IMG/VR virus record: IMGVR_UViG_3300035704_000387
Location: 4,134 to 68,133 of that record
Strand: one strand, 5' to 3'
Length of the DNA stretch: 64,000 nucleotides
Source of the DNA: a virus
Shown here: in pieces, positions 45,569 through 55,125 of the stretch
Layout: each line of letters begins with the position of its first letter
Position numbering within the stretch: position 1 is the stretch's first letter
The notes under the pieces: model-generated
Database searches by the model: none
What the model was told of the DNA's origin: nothing
Seen by the model: only the letters and a program-made list of their open reading frames with translations
Position numbers and translations under genes: made by a program

Positions 45569-46999
45569 TTAGTTGGTCTCGACGACCGTCAGCGGGATCT
45601 GCTCGGCGAAATCGACGGGTGCCGCCCCGATCTGCGCTTCGAGCTTCGCGATGGAGCCATCGGTGGGGTTCGTTTCCTGGGTGACTGACACCGAGTAGGC
45701 ATCGGCTTCGGTTTCGCCGAAGAGCGCTTCGCCCTCAAAGAGCGGTTTGAGCACCTCATTGCGAACGGCACCCTCTGCTGCAGCCCTCGTCTTGCCGGCA
45801 GCGTCGGTGCGCTTGAACAGGTAGCGCCGGAGCACTTCCTTGGCTCCGTAGGCGATCGAGGTCATCACGCGGGCGGCGTTGAGGGCGAGCCATCCTGCCT
45901 GGGAGACTGGATCAGCCAACGTCCGCCAGCCGTAGGTAGTGGGCAGCCCGTCCTCCATGATCGAGACGTTCACCCCCACGTTGTTCAGCGCTTCGCGTTC
46001 CTGTGGAGAGCGGGTGCGGGCAAGGCCGATGACGAGGCCACCTTCGCGCGCCTTGCCATTTCTGCCGGCCGCCGGTTCGCTAGCGGTGCCGGTCTGCGCA
46101 TCGACAGCCGCGACGGCACCCAACTGCCGACCGCAGGGAGGGACCGTGCGAGTCGTGCCGGAGGCAACTCCCTTGGCGATGTCCCAGGGGTCGAAGATGG
46201 CACCCTGACGAGCCCCTGCCGCAGTCCTCAGTGCGAGGGCCGCAGCCACAATGTTCGAGTAGGTGCCGGTGTCTTCGGCGTCGAGGAACGGCGTCCGCTG
46301 CATTTCATTGCAGTGGGCGATGACTGCGAGCTGCACCGCTTCGGCAGTGTTGCCCGGGACAGCCACCTGGCCAGGGCCGAGGTCCGCCGTGAAAAGGGCG
46401 AGGCCGGCGGTGATGACTTCGGCGGTGACGTTGTTGCGGTCATCCGCCCCGGAGGCCAGCGTCACTTTCTGGGCTTTCGGGTCTTCGGTGCCGAGGGCTT
46501 TGATCGTGACCAGCGTCGAGTAGCTGGCTGCCCAGGCAACAGCAGCGTTGACATCGGCCAAATCCGAGGAGGACTCCTTCAGTTCGCTGCCGATGTAGAC
46601 GCGAAGCTTGAAAGCGCCTTCGGCGCCACCGGCGAGAGCTTCCACGGATACCGAGTTGCCCCATTCGCCCGGTGAGGTGGCGATGGCTTCCAGCGTGTTC
46701 GCCGATCCGGAGTCGACCAGTTTTTTGCTCGCGGTCACAGCCGATGGGCCGACCCGACGCACGAAGTAGGCCTGATTGAGCCCACGATCGAAAGCTACGT
46801 CGAGCGTGTCGAAGATTGGGCTGTAGGAGACCCGGCCGCCACATGCGCTCGCATACTGCGCCATCGACTGCAGGGGGATGGGGATGTCGACCGGACCGCG
46901 TTCTGCGGTGCCGACGATGAACGCCGTCCCCGTGCTGCTCGGCAGCGAAGTGCGGGTAAGGCTTTCGCCGATTTTCGGGAATACGCCAGGCAGCGTCAC
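45569..46999 (-). CDS. Contractile tail sheath protein
   Basis: LPGV...TAFIVGTAERGP...PGEWGN...VPPCG...PAAG...LNNVGVNV...YGWRTL. Confidence 0.92.
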   Translation of the reverse strand: MTLPGVFPKIGESLTRTSLPSSTGTAFIVGTAERGPVDIPIPLQSMAQYASACGGRVSYSPIFDTLDVAFDRGLNQAYFVRRVGPSAVTASKKLVDSGSANTLEAIATSPGEWGNSVSVEALAGGAEGAFKLRVYIGSELKESSSDLADVNAAVAWAASYSTLVTIKALGTEDPKAQKVTLASGADDRNNVTAEVITAGLALFTADLGPGQVAVPGNTAEAVQLAVIAHCNEMQRTPFLDAEDTGTYSNIVAAALALRTAAGARQGAIFDPWDIAKGVASGTTRTVPPCGRQLGAVAAVDAQTGTASEPAAGRNGKAREGGLVIGLARTRSPQEREALNNVGVNVSIMEDGLPTTYGWRTLADPVSQAGWLALNAARVMTSIAYGAKEVLRRYLFKRTDAAGKTRAAAEGAVRNEVLKPLFEGEALFGETEADAYSVSVTQETNPTDGSIAKLEAQIGAAPVDFAEQIPLTVVETN

Positions 47000-47208
47000 T
47001 TGGACTCCTCCTTCTCGGGCTTGCCCTCCGGCTCAGCCTCGGTCTGTGCCCGCTGCTTGCGCTGATCGGGCTCCTTCTCCAGCACGCCTCGCTCGACCAG
47101 CCGAGGGTTCTTCTTGGCGTCGGCGTCGGAGATGGTGTCCCCGGCGACGATCATTCGGCCGTCGTGAAGGGACTCCACATGGCCTGCGTTGGTAGCGCGG
47201 TAGCTCAT
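46996..47208 (-). CDS. Small pre-sheath protein
   Basis: Position and coupling. Confidence 0.6.
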   Translation of the reverse strand: MSYRATNAGHVESLHDGRMIVAGDTISDADAKKNPRLVERGVLEKEPDQRKQRAQTEAEPEGKPEKEESK

Positions 47209-47798
47209 TCGACCTCCACGTCGACATTGACTTCGGTGATTTCGGGATCGAGTCCCGGTGGTGAGTCGGTTGGATCGGCCGTCTTCGGCCCTAGCTGCCA
47301 GTTGACGACCTCATCCTGGGTGACGAGGAAGAAGTTTTCGGAGGCCGCCCGCGTGGCTTTGGCGGCCTTCTCGAAGGGGTTCAGTTCGCCAGTCCAGCGC
47401 GCCACCCGACCGCTCCCGCCAAGAGAGCGTTTCTGCAGCAGCGCCCCACGGACGACGGCCCCGTAGACCTGGGCGATCCGGCGCGCCTCGACCACGCTTG
47501 AGTGCTCGACGACGACGACGATCGCGAGGCTCCAGCCTGCGCGATACCAGCCGCCGGCGTACTCCTCAGGGTCCCCGCCCTTTGCGGTGCCGCCGGCGAC
47601 CACGATCAGTGCCGGCAGTTTCTGCTCGGGCCAGCGCTCGGCCTGCTCATCGACCAGGCCCCACGACTGGATCTCCGGCAGTTTCACCCCATGCTGCGTA
47701 AGAGCCTCGTCGGCATAGGAAGGAATCCGGCGCTGAAGCGCCGACAGGACTCCTTCCTCAATCTGGTGAGGACTGAAAAGAGAGCCGTATTCGCTCAT
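47205..47798 (-). CDS. Tail terminator (putative)
   Basis: Neck synteny; LPALIVV motif. Confidence 0.6.
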   Translation of the reverse strand: MSEYGSLFSPHQIEEGVLSALQRRIPSYADEALTQHGVKLPEIQSWGLVDEQAERWPEQKLPALIVVAGGTAKGGDPEEYAGGWYRAGWSLAIVVVVEHSSVVEARRIAQVYGAVVRGALLQKRSLGGSGRVARWTGELNPFEKAAKATRAASENFFLVTQDEVVNWQLGPKTADPTDSPPGLDPEITEVNVDVEVE

Positions 47799-48304
47799 CG
47801 GCCGAGCAGGTAGTCGGTGAGGATCCGCAGAGCCGTGTTCTTCTCAAGGTCGTTGATGCCCAGAACCGGTCGCTTCGGCTCGACGCCGCGCCGCCCCCCT
47901 GAAGCGCCGCCCTGCGCGAATAGCGCCCGGAAGAGGCTGCGGTCGACCCCGACGCTCACGCTCCCCTTCGAGACCCTGGTTCGACTCCCGGCACCGCCCG
48001 ACAGTGCCTCCTCGAGGCCGCCCCCTTCAACCAGCACCCGGCCGAGCGATGGGATGGTGGAGCGTGACTTTCGAGCGATGGTTTCGGGACTTTCCCGCGC
48101 CCATGGCGTGCCGAGAAAGGCTCCCCTTGAGGTGAACTGCGAGCGGTGACCGGCGATGAACAGCTCCCGGATCTCGCCCATCGCCGGCCGCATGTCCTCG
48201 CCACGCGCTGCGGCGTCACGCAACATCGCCGTGGTTCCAGCCAACCCCTCGACGTTGATGCTCGCAGCCGGCCCGTTCACCAGACCCACCACCACAGGAG
48301 GCAC
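47795..48304 (-). CDS. Neck / tail completion protein (virion morphogenesis family)
   Basis: DMRPAM...F...G..W......TI..K...PKRPVLG. Confidence 0.7.
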   Translation of the reverse strand: MPPVVVGLVNGPAASINVEGLAGTTAMLRDAAARGEDMRPAMGEIRELFIAGHRSQFTSRGAFLGTPWARESPETIARKSRSTIPSLGRVLVEGGGLEEALSGGAGSRTRVSKGSVSVGVDRSLFRALFAQGGASGGRRGVEPKRPVLGINDLEKNTALRILTDYLLGR

Positions 48305-49296
48305 CGCGCTTTCTGGACGGTGGGCCTATTGGCGAGGACCCACCACTGGACATCGGAGGCAAGCTGTCCTAGCTCTTCGTCGCCGCTCATCCTGAGCGTC
48401 TGAAAGATTGAGCGGGCATCTTCAGCCTGGGTGGGGATATAGCTTCGCTCCACCTCTGCAGCTGCCTTGACAGCCGCTACCCCTCGCGCCTTCTCAAGCA
48501 GCTCGCCCGGCACTCGGCCCGTTCTCCGGGCGACGTCCGTGCAGGCTTTCGTGATCTCGCGTTCGACCTGGGCTGCCGTGGGCTGGGTGTCCTCGGTGAA
48601 CTCGCCGAGCAGGTCCCCACCGGATAGAGCAGCCATTGGTTCGTCGGGGTCGACATGGCCCTTCGAGTAGGTACGTGCCCGCAGGCTGGAGGCAATTTCG
48701 GCCACCGATGGGCGGAATTGCTCTCCGTCGCCACAGACCCGCGCAGTAGGAGCGCTCGCATTGCTTTCCGAGTCCCGGAAGGTGATCCGCACCCAGCGAA
48801 AGGCGGTGAGCACGCTGAATCCGCGCAGCATCGGCTGGCGCGGATCCGTATCGAGAGGTTCGAGATCAACGCTTTTGACTTCCACCCATCCGCTGTCCCC
48901 ACCGGCAGCGTTGGTTCCCTCGATTCGGGCTTTCGTCCAAGCGCTGCCGTCCTCACGGGCGGGCGGGCGGAAGGCGGAGAGGGTGACTAGCCGGGGACTC
49001 GGAGATCCGACTTCAAAAGAATCAGGCCCGACGACCAGCGTCCCTTTGCTAGCCGTTTCGACCGCACCACTCGCCTGCCAGCGGTATTCCCACTCACCGG
49101 CCTGGTCAAGGGCTATAACAGCCGAGAAGATCCCGGTGCTCGGGTGAGCAATGCCTTCCCCCGGCCATTCACGAACTTCCGTCTCACCATCCGGGGGAAG
49201 TACCTGCAGGGTGAGGGAAGTCGGGTCCGCGAGTTTCTCGTTGCCGTCGCGCAGCGTCAGGTCAATCTCGGCGCTGGCGCCACGCTCGTAGTTCAT
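48277..49296 (-). CDS. Head-tail adaptor with N-terminal Ig-like domains
   Basis: DPTSLTLQV.PPDG...STGIF...AGEWEYRWQASG, then an adaptor-like helical C-terminus. Confidence 0.6.
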   Translation of the reverse strand: MNYERGASAEIDLTLRDGNEKLADPTSLTLQVLPPDGETEVREWPGEGIAHPSTGIFSAVIALDQAGEWEYRWQASGAVETASKGTLVVGPDSFEVGSPSPRLVTLSAFRPPAREDGSAWTKARIEGTNAAGGDSGWVEVKSVDLEPLDTDPRQPMLRGFSVLTAFRWVRITFRDSESNASAPTARVCGDGEQFRPSVAEIASSLRARTYSKGHVDPDEPMAALSGGDLLGEFTEDTQPTAAQVEREITKACTDVARRTGRVPGELLEKARGVAAVKAAAEVERSYIPTQAEDARSIFQTLRMSGDEELGQLASDVQWWVLANRPTVQKARCLLWWWVW

Positions 49297-49306
49297 TGAG
49301 GCTCCT

Positions 49307-50986
49307 TCAGGACATAGAGACGCGGGAAAGCGGTCGGTCCGACGACGCAGCAGCACCGATCGCGCGAACCGTCGTAGAACCTGAGCCGAACAGCCGATCG
49401 GCGACGATGGCGGAGCCCAACGAATTGCTGAGAAGCAGGGCGAGGGCAAGATCTATCTCATGCCCAGGCGTAAAGGTGATCGGCTGGGCACGAAGGACGA
49501 TGGCCATCGCTGCCTCAATCTCCAGCGCGGGCAGCAGGGTCGCCCTGATCGGCTTCAGATGGTGAGGCCCAAGAGCCGCATCCGTCTCCCCTGCCGGCAA
49601 GAGCCCCAGGTAGATCGGCTTGTGGAAGGCCAGCACTGCGGCATGATCGATCTCACCGGCGGGGATGAAGCTGATGGGTCCGAAGAGGTTGCGGTGGGAG
49701 AGTTCCTGCGCCTGGCCACCCTCTTCCGCCGGGAGGAAGAGGGCGAAGTGAGTCCAAGCGAGCGAGCGAGCGGCATCCGTCTCCGCAGCTGCACCCAGTG
49801 CGATCTGTCGCAGGGCCGCCACACCTTTTGCCGCATCGACCTCAGTGGCCGGGAGCAAGCCAACGCGGTGGCGGATGGCAAATGCAACCCCGACATCCGC
49901 CTCGATGGCGAAGCTCAGAGCCAGTCGCTTCGACAGGCGGGCAGACACGGCATCGCCTGCCTCGGTCGCTGGAGAGAAAGCGACATGGATCGTCTTCAGC
50001 ACCATGATGCCGACTGCCGAATCGACCTCTCCAGCAGGAGCCAGGGCCACATGCCTGGTGACCCTGATCAACAGGACCGAATCAGCCTCGGCCGCAGAGA
50101 GCAGCCCTACTTGCTTCGCCCGGGCCAGCCCTACGGCTGCATCGGACCCGGCCGCGATGCCCGGACTAATCCTTTTCAGCGCTGGACGGGCCACGGCGGA
50201 TCCCGACTCGCCCGCCGGGACAAAGGCAACCCGCTTCGCGCGAGCGAGTACCCGCGCACCATCAACCTCTGCTGCGGTGCCCAGGGTGACGCGCTTCGAG
50301 CGCGAGAGAGTTTGAGCGCTGCCCGTCTCCGCCGCCGGCGTCAGGGTCTTGCGGATCGTCTTGACAACACCGAGGGGGCGGGGGGAGTCAGTCTCGGTGC
50401 TCTGACCGAGGGTGACTTTCGTACCGGCTTCTTCGATCGCCCCGCCGTAGAAGTCATCCCAAGCAATCCCGGTGCCGCTTCCGGCATGACCAATGAATCC
50501 TTCGCCGGCAACCGTCGAATTCGTTTTTTCGATGACGGTGGTTTTGACCCCGCCCGAGGTTTCATGGATGCACTTGATCGCCGTGCCGTTGCATTCCAGC
50601 CAGAGCTTGTCGCCCACCGCGATCGTCTTCGTGCCGGTGCCGACCGTCGCTTCGACGCCCGCTTTGACGCTCCCGAGTTCCCAGCCGCCTGCCGTGGTGA
50701 CGGCGAGGTAGTAGCAGTTGAGCGTTGAGAGGCCGGGGTTCTGGATGCGTGCCGTCAACTCGAAGGTGCGGCTGGCGACGGAGGCGGCGACCGTGATCCG
50801 CACGACCTGATTGGCAGGGAATTTCGTGGCCCAGTATGAGTTCGACCAGGCGTTTTCGGAGTTGGCGAATCGTTCGCTAGCGAGGGCTACCTGTTTGTCG
50901 CCGTTGAAGACCGGACCTTTCCACGCACCACCGTTGTTGAGGGGCGTTTCGTTGGTGCGGTTGCCGTTGTCGAGAAGGGTGGCCAC
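49307..50986 (-). CDS. Virion accessory protein: beta-sandwich N-terminus plus about 20-aa repeats
   Basis: Repeated LxPAxExDxA units over about 350 aa. Confidence 0.6.
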   Translation of the reverse strand: MATLLDNGNRTNETPLNNGGAWKGPVFNGDKQVALASERFANSENAWSNSYWATKFPANQVVRITVAASVASRTFELTARIQNPGLSTLNCYYLAVTTAGGWELGSVKAGVEATVGTGTKTIAVGDKLWLECNGTAIKCIHETSGGVKTTVIEKTNSTVAGEGFIGHAGSGTGIAWDDFYGGAIEEAGTKVTLGQSTETDSPRPLGVVKTIRKTLTPAAETGSAQTLSRSKRVTLGTAAEVDGARVLARAKRVAFVPAGESGSAVARPALKRISPGIAAGSDAAVGLARAKQVGLLSAAEADSVLLIRVTRHVALAPAGEVDSAVGIMVLKTIHVAFSPATEAGDAVSARLSKRLALSFAIEADVGVAFAIRHRVGLLPATEVDAAKGVAALRQIALGAAAETDAARSLAWTHFALFLPAEEGGQAQELSHRNLFGPISFIPAGEIDHAAVLAFHKPIYLGLLPAGETDAALGPHHLKPIRATLLPALEIEAAMAIVLRAQPITFTPGHEIDLALALLLSNSLGSAIVADRLFGSGSTTVRAIGAAASSDRPLSRVSMS

Positions 50987-51006
50987 CTCTCGCTACGGGC
51001 TCTTCG

Positions 51007-51471
51007 TCAGGTGGCCCGGAAGACTTCTCCGGCGTTGACGACCACATCGTTGCCATCCGCCGTCACGGCCATGTCGAGATGCAGCAACGGGATCAGGTTC
51101 GCATCGGTGCCACCGGTGGTATCTGAGTCGTAGGCGAGTAGGCACCCAGTGGTGTTTTTGCCTGAGCTGGGCGCCGTCCATTTGACTTCGGGGATCGACG
51201 CCTGCCCGCGGTTGTTGACGTTATCGGCCGCTTGACTAACGGCTGACAACTCCGAGTCCGTCAACACCTTCCGCGACCAGCCTTCGGTCTGCTCGTCTGG
51301 CGTCGCCGCAAGGAACGCTTCGACTGAGGCATCGTCCTGCCGATTGGCCTCCGTGTCGGAGACTTTCAGGGGAATCATCAGAATCGCCGAGTTCGCCGGT
51401 TCGTTGGCCTTGACCCGGTTAAAGAGCTCGATGACACGGCCCTTGCCGATGTTCTCTACGTAGTTAGCCAC
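51007..51471 (-). CDS. Virion structural protein
   Basis: Late operon; MANYVENIGKG...YDSDTTGGTDANLIPL. Confidence 0.65.
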   Translation of the reverse strand: MANYVENIGKGRVIELFNRVKANEPANSAILMIPLKVSDTEANRQDDASVEAFLAATPDEQTEGWSRKVLTDSELSAVSQAADNVNNRGQASIPEVKWTAPSSGKNTTGCLLAYDSDTTGGTDANLIPLLHLDMAVTADGNDVVVNAGEVFRAT

Positions 51472-51811
51472 GGGTCTCGTCCTCCAGGTCAACTGCCGCC
51501 ATGTCTTCGCTGGCTGGCATCAGGGTGATGGTCTGACCGACTCCGCCACTGCCCGGCGCCGCATCTAGCTCTCCGTATTCAGAGCTATCCACCCGCAGTA
51601 GGACGACGCGGCAAGTGGGAGGCGTCGACTGGATCTCCTCAGCGCCCGAAGCACGGATGATCTTGATCTCTTCCGCGCCACCCTCCCCACGGCCGGCGGC
51701 GATGCAGGCGGTTCGATCATCGAAGCCGGGACCAGTGGTCACCTCACCATCGACGACGTGCTCCCAGTTCCACTTGCCATCCTCAGACGGGACAATGCGG
51801 ATCTCCTCCAT
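51464..51811 (-). CDS. Hypothetical late protein
   Basis: Coupled in the late operon. Confidence 0.55.
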   Translation of the reverse strand: MEEIRIVPSEDGKWNWEHVVDGEVTTGPGFDDRTACIAAGRGEGGAEEIKIIRASGAEEIQSTPPTCRVVLLRVDSSEYGELDAAPGSGGVGQTITLMPASEDMAAVDLEDETRG

Positions 51812-51814
51812 GAT

Positions 51815-52144
51815 CTAGCTTTTGTCCTTGGAGGCGCCGGTCTGGTCTGAATCGGTCGTGCTGGCAGGCTTGCCCTCGCCAGGTGCAGCAGTCGCCTGCT
51901 TCTCCTCGCCGGCCTCACTCTTCTCCGGCTCAGTCTTCTTCTGACGACGCTGACGACGCTTCTCGCCAGGTGCAGCAGTCGCCTGCTCAAGCTCGTTATC
52001 GACCTTGAAGGGCTCGAACATCTCCTCTCGGCCCTCGATCACCGAATGACCCTCTCGGAAGGTTTCGCCCTTCGTCACGACACGCGGCGTGCCGTTGATC
52101 TCGGTGCTGAAAGACTCCTTCGCGACCAGAATCTCGTCGCTCAT
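51815..52144 (-). CDS. Small post-capsid protein with duplicated QATAAPGE motif
   Basis: 26-bp exact repeat at 51875-51900 and 51962-51987. Confidence 0.65.
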   Translation of the reverse strand: MSDEILVAKESFSTEINGTPRVVTKGETFREGHSVIEGREEMFEPFKVDNELEQATAAPGEKRRQRRQKKTEPEKSEAGEEKQATAAPGEGKPASTTDSDQTGASKDKS

Positions 52145-52177
52145 GCTTCGCCCCTTTCTGGAAGCGGTGAGAATGCG

Positions 52178-52206
52178 GGGGCTGGCCGCATCTAGCGGCC
52201 AGCCCC
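52178..52206 (-). terminator. Hairpin after the capsid gene
   Basis: GGGGCTGGCCGC-ATCTA-GCGGCCAGCCCC, 12-bp stem. Confidence 0.65.
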
Positions 52207-52217
52207 AACGTCGCGGT

Positions 52218-53663
52218 CTATTCCTTGACTTTGAGGCCCCGGAAGGCTGCTTTCGAGAGCACCTTGGAACCGGTGCGCCAGAAGAAGTACAGCCCCGACT
52301 GACCCGATGGCTTGCCTTCCGGCCCGGGAACGTCCGGGATCGGTTTGGCGACCATCCCGATGCGGTCGGCAATCAGGAAGTAGCGGAAGTCACCGAAATA
52401 CAGAATCGTTTTCAGTTTCGCCACCGCCGATTCCATCGTCGACAGCTCGTTGGTCGGGTAGTCCAGCAGTCGCTGGTTCAGGTTCCCGTTGGGCACGTTG
52501 GAGAGCCCTTCCGGGAGCCGGACCCACAGCGAAGCGCCGCCGGCCGTGTCGAACTGGCGGATCTTGTTGTAGATCGCCCGGTTGCCGACCCAGGCACCAC
52601 GGGTACGGAACCGGGGCGGGAGAGCCTGTTCGAGGCCATAGACATCGCCCACCGCGAAGGTGACCGAAGCTGCGGTTTCGACCAATTCGGTAGCGCCAGT
52701 GGCGAGACCGAACGGCTCTTTTTCGCCGGAGCCGGACAGGTATTTCGTCGCCTCGAGTTCGTCCTTGGCATCCGTGACCAGGTTCGCGATTTCGGGAGCG
52801 ATCGAGCCGTAGTCCTGCCCGAACTCGTAGCTCCACTCAGCGAATGCATCCGCTGCGTGGCAGGTGACTTCCGGCTGAGCGAATTTCGGAGAGTCGTCGG
52901 TGGTTTCTTCACCTTCCGCTTCCCTGAATTTCGCAACCATGCCGCCAGAGGTCGCCCCTTTCCAGGTGTTCGTGGTGGTCTGCTCCACGCGAGAAATCGC
53001 GCGCAGCGGGTTCACCACGCCACTGGACGTCGGGATGATGGTCGGGTCGAGCGTGTAGGGCAGCAGGAAGCCACCCGTCGCACCTTCGCCAAGATTCAGG
53101 GAACGAGTCGCCTGCATCTCGGCATCGGTCATCTGCTGGCCCGTGATCCCCCGCAGGAAACCCTGCTGGTACCTACGGTTACCGGTCAGCAGCATGTGGC
53201 GCGAGAATGCGCCGTCGGCCCCGTCCAGTTTCTCCTGGAGCTGCTCCAGGTGGGCCTGTACGTCCTCGCGATTGGCATCACCGTGAGCTGGCACCATCCG
53301 CTCGATCTCCCGCTTGCCGCGATCACGCAGCTCGCGGACCATCTCGTGCGGATTCGCCATGCTGCCGCGAATCGTGGAGAGGTCGTAGATGTCTTCGCCG
53401 GTCACGGCACCTGGGCGCCGGGTCTGGAACGAACGTTCCTCCTCGCGGTTCTCCTCTTTGCCGGAGAGCGCCTCGACACGTTCTTTCCGGAAGTGAAGCT
53501 CTTTGAGCAGTTTTTCGTTCTCTTTGCGCTCCTCCTCGAGGTGATCCCACCTGTTCTGGGCCTCCTCGGGGAGAGCTTGGTTGCGATACTCCTCATCCAG
53601 GCCGGTGATCTCCGAGCGGAGCTCCTCGACGCGGGCTTCGAGTTCCTCGATGTTCATAGGCAT
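52218..53663 (-). CDS. Major capsid protein, HK97 fold with delta domain
   Basis: N-terminal coiled coil; GGFLLP, GSGEKEPFG and FGDF motifs. Confidence 0.93.
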   Translation of the reverse strand: MPMNIEELEARVEELRSEITGLDEEYRNQALPEEAQNRWDHLEEERKENEKLLKELHFRKERVEALSGKEENREEERSFQTRRPGAVTGEDIYDLSTIRGSMANPHEMVRELRDRGKREIERMVPAHGDANREDVQAHLEQLQEKLDGADGAFSRHMLLTGNRRYQQGFLRGITGQQMTDAEMQATRSLNLGEGATGGFLLPYTLDPTIIPTSSGVVNPLRAISRVEQTTTNTWKGATSGGMVAKFREAEGEETTDDSPKFAQPEVTCHAADAFAEWSYEFGQDYGSIAPEIANLVTDAKDELEATKYLSGSGEKEPFGLATGATELVETAASVTFAVGDVYGLEQALPPRFRTRGAWVGNRAIYNKIRQFDTAGGASLWVRLPEGLSNVPNGNLNQRLLDYPTNELSTMESAVAKLKTILYFGDFRYFLIADRIGMVAKPIPDVPGPEGKPSGQSGLYFFWRTGSKVLSKAAFRGLKVKE

Positions 53664-53679
53664 GTTGGGCCTTTTCCTT

Positions 53680-55065
53680 TCAACCGGCCGATCGCCACGG
53701 GGGCGTCGGCTCGCCGGACTGACGCCACGGGGGCGTCTGCTTTTCATTGCTCGCGTCGTCGCGGCTCCGGCCGGAGTGAGGAACCTCGGCTCCAGGGAGT
53801 GCTTCTTCCGCTTCTCGATCTCCTGCCTCGGTGGCAGGCTCTGGAGTGCCCTCTGCGGGCGGCTCCGAAGACTCTTTGCGCAGGGCGTTCACGTCGAGTG
53901 CCTCTGCGACTGATTCGGGGCTGAATCCGGCCTCGACGAGGGCGCTGATGGCCTCCTCGCCTCCGCCGCGCGCCTCAGCCTCGATGGGCTCGGCGCTTCG
54001 GTCCTTCAGTTCAGCCGGTTCCTTACCCGCATCCCGCAAGTGGTGGGCCAGGTGGTCGTAAACGCCTTGGCGATCCTCGTCGGGGATCGTGGTCCCCTGC
54101 ATCTCGCCATTGAGGACACCGATGCCGGTGCTGCAAGCCTGCGTGTCGGCGTCGCCGACCGTGCCGTCCTCGGCTACGAGGTGATGCACGAACCGGCAGG
54201 CGTCCTTGGGGATGTTCCCTTCGTCGATCCTGGTCTCGTCGATCCAGGCGAACGCTTCGCGGGCGGTCTCGGCTGAGAGCGGCGAAGGAAGGTTCGCCCG
54301 GTTCGCCGGCCCGTCCCATGCCGCTTCGCTGGTCGGCGTCTCCTTGTAGGTGACAACGGAGCGTTTCTGCTGCGTTTCGGAGACCAGCGATCGAAAGCGC
54401 TTTGGGTCGCGGCGCATCCAGTCCTGACGCTCCTCGTCGCTTACCTGGTCTCCCTTCAGGGCGACGAGGTCGGTCAACGAGACACAAGGGGCTGAAACGG
54501 GCTGAATCGAGCGCACGCCAGCACTTGCTCCCGAGTAGGCAGGGAAGGTCACCGGGCCGAACTCGCTGACCGCAGCCTCAGTCACGGTCCGTTCTGGTAG
54601 TCCCTTCGGATTCGCTGCCGAGACCCCAGGGTCTTCCTTGAACAGTTCCTGCACTGAGCGGAAGCAGAAGGATGCGCCGTAGAGCTTCTCCCTCAGCCCG
54701 GGAAGGATCTCTTGCACATAGAGAGCTTCGACAAGGAGCGGCACCTCGTAGTACACCCCTTCCTCGTCTTCGCGAAGCTCCTGAATCGGCCCGAGCGGCT
54801 TGTCGCCTGCCAGGTAGTCAAAGCCGTGCTGGAAGAGGACTTTCATTGATTCGCGGCCCTCTCCGATCGTCTTCTTGAAGGCGCCCGGCGCGAACCGCTC
54901 TATGAAGTTGCCCTCCATGAATGACTGGATCACGGTGGGCTGGTTGAACACCGCGAAGTGGCCAAACAACACCGGAGGCTCACCATCGCCTTCGGACCGA
55001 AAGCCCTGAACCCGGGCAGTGACCGCCCGATAGCACGGGCCTTCGAACTCGCGTAGAGACGGCAT
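53680..55065 (-). CDS. HK97-type prohead protease with C-terminal extension
   Basis: GHFAVFN...ERFAPGAF...LFQH...SFCF...EFGPVTFPAY; AGGAGG RBS. Confidence 0.9.
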   Translation of the reverse strand: MPSLREFEGPCYRAVTARVQGFRSEGDGEPPVLFGHFAVFNQPTVIQSFMEGNFIERFAPGAFKKTIGEGRESMKVLFQHGFDYLAGDKPLGPIQELREDEEGVYYEVPLLVEALYVQEILPGLREKLYGASFCFRSVQELFKEDPGVSAANPKGLPERTVTEAAVSEFGPVTFPAYSGASAGVRSIQPVSAPCVSLTDLVALKGDQVSDEERQDWMRRDPKRFRSLVSETQQKRSVVTYKETPTSEAAWDGPANRANLPSPLSAETAREAFAWIDETRIDEGNIPKDACRFVHHLVAEDGTVGDADTQACSTGIGVLNGEMQGTTIPDEDRQGVYDHLAHHLRDAGKEPAELKDRSAEPIEAEARGGGEEAISALVEAGFSPESVAEALDVNALRKESSEPPAEGTPEPATEAGDREAEEALPGAEVPHSGRSRDDASNEKQTPPWRQSGEPTPPWRSAG

Positions 55066-55125
55066 TGATCCTCCTGTAGAGGTAGGTGAGAACGGCACCG
55101 GCCCAGACGCCGGGGACCGCAGGGC

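Noticed and set aside
34438-46999. Tailocin or extracellular contractile injection system
   Set aside because: The tail genes are continuous with capsid, portal, terminase and integrase genes
49460-53924. Long plus-strand ORFs (49460-50728, 52089-53924; likewise 30244-31704 and 37460-38488)
   Set aside because: Antisense shadows of well-supported minus-strand genes, expected in high-GC DNA; no motifs or RBS
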